A stretch of DNA of 64,000 nucleotides from Gordius albopunctatus (taxonomy: Eukaryota): NCBI GenBank assembly GCA_964276515.1, contig OZ193909.1:11842001-11906000 (forward strand), written 5' to 3'. The notes beneath the pieces are model-generated. The model was not told the DNA's origin and searched no databases. It was given only the letters and a program-made list of their open reading frames with translations. The translations under genes were made by a program, and so were the position numbers. This document shows, piece by piece, positions 12,818 through 22,600 of this stretch (position 1 is its first letter; every line of letters begins with the position of its first letter).

Positions 12818-15805
12818 TCACTTCTTCTCTTCTTTATCGTGCGTGGGGTACGTTTTCAGCAGCCTCTTCCATCTGAGTCGTGTGAATGCCATGCCAATTT
12901 CCATCTGTTTGACGTCCATATCCTTTTCGACCAGTCGTTTCCAGGTGGCACGTGGTCTGCCCCTTCCTCTTTTTCCAGGCACGTCCATCTCCAGCGTTCG
13001 GCGTGTGACATCGTCTTCGTCTCTTCGTAATACATGGCCGTACCACCGCAGTCGATTTTCTCTTAAGAACTCCTTTGTCGCTTGTATACCCATCTTTGTC
13101 ATCAAGTATTCGTTCGTCATGCGATCCAGCTTGGTGTAGCCTAAGCTCCATCGCACCATTCTCATTTCCGTGACTTGCAAGAGTTTCTCCTCCGCGGTGG
13201 TTACAGCCCATGTTTCGCTCCCGTAAAGCAAGACCGGTCGCACGATGGTTTTGTACGCCTTGCTTTTCAACCAAATTGGTATCTTTTTGTCACACATGAC
13301 ACCGGAGATGCTGCGCCACTTGAGCCATGCTTTCTTGATCCGAGAATGGACTTCGGCGGTACATCCTCCCTCTTGATGTAATAGCGAGCCAAGATATGTG
13401 AAATTATCAACCTCCGTGTACCTTGGACCGTCAATTTTGAGCATTTGCGGACTACCGCCCATCGTTTGCATGTAAACCGTTTTCTTCTCGCTGACCTTTA
13501 ACCCGAATTCCGAGAAACGTTCTGACCATTTTTTCGCCTGATGAAAAACCCCTTCTCTTGTTTCATCGCATAGAACAATATCGTCGGCATATAGCATAGT
13601 CCAAGGGGCTGGCTTGTGCAAGTCCTTTGTTATTGTATCCATAATTAGATTAAACAAGAATGGGCTTAACGCTGATCCTTGATGTAGTCCGATCATTATT
13701 CGGAAGGGTTTCGTTACTCCTACGGTAGTCCTAACAGATGTAACCGCGCCATTATACATTTCCTTGATAAGTCGAACATATCCTTCGGGTATATTTCTGG
13801 CTCTAAGGGACCACCATATTAAGTCTCTCGGAACCGTATCGTAGGCCTTTTCTAAATCGATGAAGACCATGTGTAATTTCTTTCTTATGTCGCCATATTT
13901 TTCCATCGTCTGCTTCAACGCAAAGATTGGGTTCATCATTGATTTACCGGCCACAAATCCAAACTGATTGGGCGAGAGACAAACTTCGTCATTGAGCCTT
14001 TTCACTAGCATCCTTTCTAGTAGTTTTAGTGAGTGGCAGGTCAACTTGATACCTCTAAAGTTGCCACATTCCTGCGCGTCTCCTTTGCCTTTGTATATGG
14101 GTATGATCGTACTTTCCATCCATTGGTCAGGGATACGACTCTCATACAGCATAGCGTTAAATAGGCCTGTCATTATGTCGATTCCTTCTCCTTTGCACCC
14201 AAGCCAAGCTTCGATCGGTAGATCATCGGGACCTAGCGCTTTCCCTTTCCGCATCTTCGTTAGTTGCGCTCTTATTTCATAAGCCTGAAATGGTAAAACC
14301 AAGTTCGAGTTCGGTTCCACCCTCTCTAGCGGTCTTCTATCATTCGTTTTGTTCATCATATTTTGGAAATAATCTTTCCATCTTTTGATGACTTCCTTCG
14401 GTTTGCACAACGTTCGTCCCTCTTCGCTTTTAATGACTTTTAGTGTCCCGACATCTCGACTTTTTTTCTCCCTGATCTTTGCGAGTTTATACATGACTAT
14501 GTCGCCGCCCTTGGTATCGAGCTTGTTTGCCATCTCGGTGTAAGCCTCGTTCTTCGCTAACGCGACCGCTATCTTAGCTTTGCGTTTCGCTTCACGATAT
14601 GCCTCGTAGTCTTCTCCTTTCTTCGTTTTGTACCATCGTAGGTACAACGCCTTCTTTTCTTCTATAACCTCTTTGACCGAGTCATTCCACCACCATAGTT
14701 CACGCTTGTGAGCTCTGCCGCCCTTAGTTCGTCCCAATATTTGAAAGGCCGTTTCCTTTAGAACGTTTGCAACGGTTCCCCACCTTTTGTTAATGTCGCC
14801 CTCCAAGCCTGCAACCTTCAAGAGCTGAGTTGCTCGAGCGTGAAACATTTCATTTGCATGATCATCCTTAAGCTTTTCGTACTTTGTCCTTGGTGTGTAG
14901 ACTTTTCTCCTTACGGGAAAAATCTTTCTTGCTATATCGAGGACAACTGGCCGATGTTGTTTGGCGATTTCTTCCCCCGGTATAACCTTGCAATCTTTGA
15001 CTTGCCACAAATTTTTTCGCCTCACTAATATGTAGTGGACCTGTGTAAGGTGATTTCCACTACTGTACGTCGCTAAATGTTCGGTACGCTTCTGAAAGAA
15101 GGTATTCACAATGGCCATATCGTAAGCTTGCGCCATCTGTAGTAACTTCTCTCCCTCTTTATTTTTCACTCCATAGCCATGACCGCCGTGATTTCGTTCG
15201 TACACGCCCCTTTCTTTCCCAAAGTGCCCATTAAAATCTGCTCCGATGATGAGATTCTCGTCAGGCTTCACGTAGCGTATTTCTTCTTCAAGCTTCTCAT
15301 AGAATTCGTCCTTCTCGTTTTCGGAACATCCAACCTGGGGCGAATACGCACAAATAACATTGACAAGGCCGCCTTGATCCGCCAGCTTAATGCACATCAG
15401 TCTATCTGAGCATCGTTTGACTTCGACTACCTTGTCCTTAAAGGAATCGCTGAGCACTATACCGACCCCGTTCTTCCGTGATGGGGAACCCGAGTAGTAT
15501 AGCTTGTAACCATCTCCTAGCTCCCTGGCTTTTGTTCCATGCCACCGCGTTTCTTGTAGACACGCTATGTGTATCCTTCGCCTTTTTAGCATCTGCGCAA
15601 CCTCGATGCTCTTCCCCGTCAGCGTGCCCACATTCCAGCTAGCCACTCTTGTCCGTTCGACAACTAGGTTCCTTAACGGCCTTCGTTGTGAGTGAGGCGG
15701 TGACCCTTGTATACTTTTCACATTGCACGGGCGGATGATGCAATGCGCGTCGTTTGGGGAGGACGCCCTAGCATTCTGGTATAAGTTCGTATTTGAAGCT
15801 GCCAT
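12818..15805 (-). CDS. RTE ORF: apurinic endonuclease + reverse transcriptase (995 aa)
   Basis: SWNVGTL, CLQETRW, GADFNGH, FIDLEKAYD, GLHQGSALSP and YADD motifs. Confidence 0.95.
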   Translation of the reverse strand: MAASNTNLYQNARASSPNDAHCIIRPCNVKSIQGSPPHSQRRPLRNLVVERTRVASWNVGTLTGKSIEVAQMLKRRRIHIACLQETRWHGTKARELGDGYKLYYSGSPSRKNGVGIVLSDSFKDKVVEVKRCSDRLMCIKLADQGGLVNVICAYSPQVGCSENEKDEFYEKLEEEIRYVKPDENLIIGADFNGHFGKERGVYERNHGGHGYGVKNKEGEKLLQMAQAYDMAIVNTFFQKRTEHLATYSSGNHLTQVHYILVRRKNLWQVKDCKVIPGEEIAKQHRPVVLDIARKIFPVRRKVYTPRTKYEKLKDDHANEMFHARATQLLKVAGLEGDINKRWGTVANVLKETAFQILGRTKGGRAHKRELWWWNDSVKEVIEEKKALYLRWYKTKKGEDYEAYREAKRKAKIAVALAKNEAYTEMANKLDTKGGDIVMYKLAKIREKKSRDVGTLKVIKSEEGRTLCKPKEVIKRWKDYFQNMMNKTNDRRPLERVEPNSNLVLPFQAYEIRAQLTKMRKGKALGPDDLPIEAWLGCKGEGIDIMTGLFNAMLYESRIPDQWMESTIIPIYKGKGDAQECGNFRGIKLTCHSLKLLERMLVKRLNDEVCLSPNQFGFVAGKSMMNPIFALKQTMEKYGDIRKKLHMVFIDLEKAYDTVPRDLIWWSLRARNIPEGYVRLIKEMYNGAVTSVRTTVGVTKPFRIMIGLHQGSALSPFLFNLIMDTITKDLHKPAPWTMLYADDIVLCDETREGVFHQAKKWSERFSEFGLKVSEKKTVYMQTMGGSPQMLKIDGPRYTEVDNFTYLGSLLHQEGGCTAEVHSRIKKAWLKWRSISGVMCDKKIPIWLKSKAYKTIVRPVLLYGSETWAVTTAEEKLLQVTEMRMVRWSLGYTKLDRMTNEYLMTKMGIQATKEFLRENRLRWYGHVLRRDEDDVTRRTLEMDVPGKRGRGRPRATWKRLVEKDMDVKQMEIGMAFTRLRWKRLLKTYPTHDKEEKK

Positions 15806-15895
15806 GGTGTTTGGACTTGCTTTTTACAGCCGGCTTCCGACCTGACGCCAATCCTCCACTTTTTTCACACGGACTTGGGACCGTCGTTGGTAGTG
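12824..15895 (-). mobile_element. Full-length RTE-clade LINE
   Basis: Single 995-aa APE+RT ORF. TSD tttttcggaagatcactt at 12806-12823 and 15896-15913. GAA-rich 3' end. Confidence 0.96.
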
Positions 15896-15897
15896 TT
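15846..15897 (-). ncRNA. Twister ribozyme-like motif (P1 type) at the RTE 5' end
   Basis: Minus strand AA-CAC-UACC-AAC-G-ACGG-UCCCAAGU-CCGU-GUGAAAAAA-GUG-GAGGA-UUGGCG. It has P2 CAC/GUG, P4 ACGG/CCGU, a UCCCAAG loop and GAGG, as in the rice twister. Confidence 0.72.
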
Positions 15898-16301
15898 TTT
15901 CGGAAGATCACTTATTTAAGATTATTTGTTTAGATCACTAATTAAAAGCCTTTACGCCACAGGATATTTGATATAAATCTTACTTCACAAAAAAGGCTCA
16001 TTCTATCAATATTGGCTTTCCGTCGTTTGCATATAGTCAATAACGCTATTGAACAAAATTGACTAAATTTATGATCACACTAAATTTCAGTACGTTTATT
16101 AGCCAATTTAACCTGTTTTTATATAATTAAAGGGAAAATTATTTCGTATATGAACATGCATTGGTGAGCGTAAATACATGAGTATAATAGGAGAGATAAC
16201 GTTTTGAAATGGGGCTTTTAATATAATATCGATTGGAATTTAATACATATGTCATTAAAATATTGTGACATTTTATTCAATAGCTGTTTGTCACACTAAG
16301 G

Positions 16302-16799
16302 TAGTGTTGTGAAGAGCGCGCTAGAGGACGCGTCCTACGGTCTGCTGGGATGTTATTGTACTCTTAATAAAAGAGCCACACCCACATTCTTAGTCTCCTT
16401 TTCTTGTGAAGTCATTCAGTGTGGGTGCTTTGCAAACCGACCAGTAGTGTATTATTTTTTCATAAAGACCCTGATGGACCATTAGATATATGTTCAGGGG
16501 GTGTTAGCTAGTTGTTATTGTGATCAACACGGTGTGTCTAAGTACCCCTCCCCTCATGCCTTATTTGTTTCATCAATGTGATGTTAATGTAACTAGAAAA
16601 TGTGGCACATGTGACGGTTCTATAAAAACAAAAGCACTCGCCCCATTTAAATTTTATCTACCATTTGAGGGAGGGAATAAGAAAAAAGGGACCTTACGCT
16701 AGTGAAGCGCATTTCACGATGGACCCTTATAATGGTGATGGTACTTAGTCTGTTTACTCCTTTTAAAGCGCTGGTCTAAAATGACGGGCTTCAACACTA
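16302..16799. mobile_element. Non-autonomous hAT-like element (tagtgttg ... caacacta)
   Basis: 8-bp TSD cactaagg at 16294-16301 and 16800-16807. Confidence 0.7.
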
Positions 16800-17236
16800 C
16801 ACTAAGGTGGTAAGCTTCTTTAGAGTTTTGAATGAGGGGGGACGCTCGGCTATCCAAGCCTGACAGACTTGTTGACGAAGTGATATATTTTACATATTTT
16901 TAAAACAAAGTGTTAAAAGCGAGAGATGTACCCAAGAGCTTTCTTTCAAAGACAAAGCCTATACCAACTAGGGCCCCACGCCCATTATGCACATTTTATA
17001 CATTAATTAAAAGAATATTTCATCAGAAAAATACTTGCGAACTTTCGCTTTTATTATAGAAAGCATTATCTATATTTAAAATCAAGTTTTACATTTTGTC
17101 TTGTAAGTCATAAAAAAATGCTAGGTAGAGCGTCGATTATTTGCATAGGCTTAGACACAAATGTTTGTCAATATAACATGGTTAGATACTCAACTATATT
17201 TCATTGAGGTTTGATAATAAAGGTGTGGGTGGACAC

Positions 17237-17379
17237 TAGTGGTGTAAAAACGGGTGGGGTTTGTTTGGTCGACCTTTGGTTTTACTCGATAAAAACAGAC
17301 CAAAACCTATGGTCTGGTCTGTTTAGTCGACTAAAGCCAAACGTCAACCAAACAAAACTTAGCCGTTTTCACAACACTA
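17237..17379. mobile_element. MITE of about 140 bp (tagtg.tgtaaaa ... caacacta)
   Basis: TSD gtggacac. Relatives at 56795-56933, about 57288-57496 and 60545-60674, in GGA introns. Confidence 0.8.
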
Positions 17380-17784
17380 GTGGACACGCATTTTTGTTTC
17401 AAGATGCTTTTTTATTCCATCCAATTAGGAAACCATAGCGAGTATAAATATTTGTAAAAAGGTCTTAAATATTATTAAATTGCACTTTTTAACTTTGGAC
17501 CATCTTTCGATGTTTTGCGTATTTATTTTAAAAGTTACTAAAGTTCTTTAATAAGAGAAAGTTTGATTCTCAAAGCATTTAGAAAGTTCCAGTCATAAAA
17601 TAAATTGTCGTTTCTAACATTGTACGTTAATTTAGACCTTTTTATTAACAAAAATAAGACTTTGTTCAATCCTGTAAATATCAAAAGATTTCAATGATCT
17701 TATCATTTATGAAACCTGACTCCAAATCGATTCCCTATATTTTTGCATCAACAATTTAAAACATTTTTCTTTAATTTAACATAG

Positions 17785-18068
17785 ATTTGCCCCACCTCAA
17801 ACAACTGTCTTATACATTAATGTGCTCAGAGATCCTATGGAAAGATTTATCTCACATTATTGTTTTGTTCGTTACGGCGATGACTTTAGACCTCATTTAA
17901 AGCGACGCAAGAGCGGTTCAAACATGGTATAATTATGATTAAATGTATTTATTTAGAATGTCATACCCAGACGATAGATGAATGCGTAAAGCTTAAAGCA
18001 TATGATTGCGACCCCGATCGATTTTGGATACAAATACCCTTTTTTTGTGGAAACGCCAAATTTTGCAG
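17785..18068 (+). CDS. HS2ST1: Heparan sulfate 2-O-sulfotransferase, two exons (17785-17926, 17971-18068; 44-bp intron)
   Basis: Translation ...[39 protein letters not shown] / [32 protein letters not shown] matches the HS2ST 3'-PAPS-binding region (RDP..R..S.Y, GDD.RP, W.QIPFFCG). GT-AG boundaries and consistent phases. Confidence 0.92.
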
Positions 18069-18129
18069 GTTTTTGAAAACTACATACCCTTGATACCTGT
18101 TTAATACGCTGTCCAAACGCTTACTAATT

Positions 18130-19478
18130 TTATTCTTAAGTCCAAATATAATATCGAGTGGGATTTTATCAAAAAATATATTAATTGATATGCAATTTAC
18201 GGGCTCGTTTTTTGTTGTCCGTCCGTCCGTCGTCCGTCGTCCACCAAGTTATTTACACCAGCTTCCTGACTTGCAAGGTTGGGGATCGAGACCCGGAGAG
18301 GACAAAAATTATTTTATTTTTTAAATTAAATTAATATTTTGTTCTTGTTAATGCCATTGATAATATGACTTTTTGACCGTCCGCAGGCTACTGACTAATG
18401 AAAAAAATGACCACTGGCCGAATAAATTGAAATTTTTAATTTTTCGTTTTTGAATAGTTTAACATTGATAATTACCCTATGCCCTCACCTACAAGGGCCT
18501 ATGCCTCTATTGATATGGTTCCCTGTTCCCCTCCAAAGGCTTATTCCTCTATTTAATGTGGGTTTGAATCCCAGCAAACGTTCTAAATTTATGGATCGAG
18601 ACCCTAAGAGGACAGAAATTTTTATTTTTTTTTTAATTAAATTAATATTTTGTTCTTGTTAATACCATTGATAATATGACTATTTGTAAATTAAATTTTA
18701 ATATTTATTGTTCTTGTTAATACCATTGATACTATGACTTTTTGACATTCCGCTGGCTACTTACCAATGAAAAAAATGACCATTGGCCAAATTGTGATCG
18801 AAATTTCTTTGTCGTTTTTTTAACTCGTATGTATTTATAGACCGTCTCTTGATACTGACCAATAAAAAAATGAGGCCATATTGTTTTTAAGTAAAGGCTC
18901 AAATTTCAAAATGCTTCTCCCAAAATCATTATAAAATACGGAACCAATTTCTTGAATATTTGGTGATCAAAAAACGCCTTGGTTCTTAACCTTTTTACAC
19001 ACGCGGCCCCCCCCCCCCCAAATATTTTATATTGTTTTTGCGGCCCCCCATTTTTGTCATAATAATTTATATTTGTTAAATTATCTGTCGAGGGGGTTGC
19101 AGCCATTACATGCTTGAAAGCATGATTAGGGCTTAATAAATATACAAGTAATATTTGCGCCAAACCAAGCTTATTTGCTGGGTGCGAGCGATATATACAT
19201 TTAAACGTTACATTTGATTAATATTATATTTTTCATTATAAATTTGAGAAATGATATTAATTCACTATATTAATGCAAAATAACCTTTGCATTTAATACC
19301 CCCTATAGAGATTCTCGCCCCTTACCACCTTTCTCGCCCATAAATTGCATAGCAAATATGCTACTTTTATACAGAGTATAGAAGAGTTCCCCCTTCCCTT
19401 CCCCCCTTCACTTCCCCTACTCCCATTCACCCCTTCCCCTTACCACGAGGGCCGAAGGCCCGAGTTTAATTAAGAATC
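18130..19478. mobile_element. Unclassified non-autonomous element, possibly Helentron/HINE-like
   Basis: (gtcc)n microsatellite at about 18217-18242, an internal duplication offset by about 310 bp (18283 vs 18593), a pyrimidine tract and a terminal gggccgaaggccc hairpin. Boundaries are uncertain. Confidence 0.4.
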
Positions 19479-19672
19479 TCTTTTCTGAATATATACTCTG
19501 CTGTTCTTTTTCTTCCGAGTACACTTGTCTTCCTTCACTCAAGACTTCTATGTCAATGTCATTTCCTCGATTCTCTTTGCAATTCGGCTGTCATTGTCTC
19601 GCCTTTTTATTACATTTCCACATCTGGCTAGTAATCGTCCCCTTTTCCCGGAACATTTCATTCACATGTACC

Positions 19673-22600
19673 TACGCCTCTGGGAAATATTCGAGCTCGA
19701 ATCGAATCCGAATCCATATGTGTAAGTTTCGAATCGAATATTTACGCTGCTAGGATTCGGTAATCCGAATCAAATCCTTGAAAATTCCAATTTTATTTTT
19801 TTAGTTTAATTTAAATAGACGAGATTCAAATATTTAGCTATTTTCATCTTACCGCATTCCAGTTATTTTTCCTGCTACAATTTGGAAAAGTTTAATTAAA
19901 AAATTTTCAAACTTACATAAGTTATGGAGAACGAGGATCACGATCTAATTAAATTATGGACTTTGAAAAAAATGGCAAGATAGCACAAAAATATTTTACG
20001 ATTAAAGGCTATATGTTAAGAATTTGACCAACCAATTAATTACACAAAGGCAAATGATAGAAAAAGCTATTTTAGTAAGGCAGGCATTGGATTTGGCCTT
20101 TAAATGCCTCTTAGGAGGAATTGCTATCTAACATTGAATCTTCTTCTTTATCAGTTATTTGGTCCCACATTGGTGGGGTTTGTTTTGATGAGTCTCTTCC
20201 ATCTTGACCGGGTTAGTGCCATGTCTTGAAGAATCTCTTTAGTTTCCATAACTTTATCGACTTGCCTTTTCCACGTGACACGGGGTCGTCCTCTTCCTCT
20301 CTTCCCCGGTATTTTCATGTCTAGCACTTTTCGATTTACGTCATCCGGGTACCTTCTTAGTATATTCCCATACCACCTTAGCCGATTTTCGTTAATCATG
20401 TCCGCCATAGGTTGAATACCCATTTTTGTCATGAGAAAGTCATTCGTCATATGGTCGAGCTTAGCATACCCCAAGCTCCACCGTATCATTCTCATCTCCG
20501 TGGCTTGTAATAACTTTTCTTCCGTGGTGTTTAATGCCCATGTTTCACTTCCATAGAGTAACACCGGTCTTACGATGGATTTGTAAGCTTTGCTCTTTAA
20601 CCATATTGGCATTTTCTTGTCGCACATTACACCGGATATACTTCGCCATTTAAGCCATCCTTTTTGAATCCGGGCATTGATTTCAGTTGCGCAACCTCCC
20701 TCTTGATGTAGCATAGAGCCGAGGTAATCAAACCTGTCTACTTTTGGGTATTTTAGGTGTTCATCCAGCGATGGGGTGCTTGTACCGTTCATTTCCATGT
20801 ATACCGTTTTTCGATCGTTGGCCTTTAAACCATATCCAGCTAAGCGCTTTGACCACTTTTCTGCTTCTTCGAATACCTTCTCCCTTGTTTCCTCGCATAG
20901 TACTATATCATCGGCATATAGCATACACCATGGCGATGGCTTTTGAAAGTCCCTCGTTATCGTGTCTATAATTATATTAAATAAAAAGGGACTTAAAGCA
21001 GAGCCTTGATGTAATCCAATATTAACCCGAAAAGGTTTAGAGTCTCCAACTGTCGTCCTAACGCAAGAGTTTGAGGCTTCATAGATATTTTTCATAAGCC
21101 GTATATATGCGTCAGGGATATTTTGTTTCCTCAGGCACCACCATATTAAATCGCGGGGGACCGTGTCATAAGCTTTCTCCAAGTCGATAAAAACCATATG
21201 TAGGTCTTTCCTCTTTTCACCATACTTATCCATCATTTGTCTTAGGGCGAAGATTGGGTCGATTGTGGATTTGCCGGCCACGAATCCGAATTGATTAGCC
21301 GATATTTCCACCTCGTTTTTCAGCCTTGTTACTAAGATCCTTTCCAAAAGCTTCAAGGAGTGGCAAGTTAGCTTGATACCTCTGTAATTGCCGCAGTCCT
21401 GAGGGTCTCTTTTTCCTTTGAATAAGGGTATAATCGTGCTTTCTCTCCATTGATTATGGATTCGCTCTTCTACCAATATCTTGTTAAGGAGGTTCGTCAT
21501 GGTGGGGACTCCTTCTTCACGACATCCGAGCAATGCTTCCATAAGTATTCCATCTGGGCCATTTGCTTTTCCTTTTTGCATCTTGTTCATTTGTGTCCTA
21601 ACTTCATCCTTCTGAAAGAGTTCGACCATACTTATATTTGGCTCGATTTCGGGAAGGGAATCCTTGTCATTTGCAATATTCATACGTTTCTTAAAATATC
21701 CTTTCCACCTTTCCATCACTTCCTTCGGCTTGAATAAGGTTTGACCCTTCTCGCTTTTGACTATTTTAAGAACTCCGACATCTCGACTTTTCTTCTCCCT
21801 TATCTTGGCCAATTTGTACATAAACCTATCGCCCCCTTTATGATCCAGTTTGTTTGCCATCTCGGTGTACGCAGCATTCTTCGCTTTTGCAACGGCCTTT
21901 TTTGCGGCCTTCTTTGCGTCCCTGTACTCTTGATAATCCTCCGACTTTTTTGATTTATGCCACCGTCTATATAGATTTTTCTTTATTTCGATGAAATCTT
22001 TAACCGATGGATCCCACCACCATAGTTCCCTATTCATAGCTTTGCCTCCTTTGGTCTGTCCTAGAAAACAAATCGTTGTTTCCTTAATGTCCTTAGATAG
22101 CGTTTCCCAATCTTTGTCTACGTCCCTTTGCAACTTCCTTGCACCCAAGAGTGAGGAGGCTTTTTGATGGTATTCTTCGTTCGTCGACGTATTCTTTAGC
22201 CTTTCGTATCGAATTCGAGGTTCATATACCTTTCTTCTTTCGGGAAATACTCTTCTGTCAAGATCCATAACAAGGGGACGATGTTGCCTGGCGATTTCTT
22301 CTCCCGGTATTACTTTGCAATCTTTGATACTCCATAAGTCCTTTCGCCGTATAAGCAAATAGTCGATTTGACTAAAATGCTTCCCACTTCTATAGGTCAC
22401 AATATGATCTTCGCGCTTTTGAAAATAGGTGTTAACGATCGCCATGTCATATGCTTGGGATACTTGGAGAAGTTTTTCCCCTTCTTTGTTCTTCCGACCA
22501 TGCCCATAGCCTCCATGATTGCGTTCATACCCGAGGCGATCTTTCCCTACGTGAGCGTTGAAATCGGCCCCAATAATTAGCCTTTCTTCCTGTCGGATTC

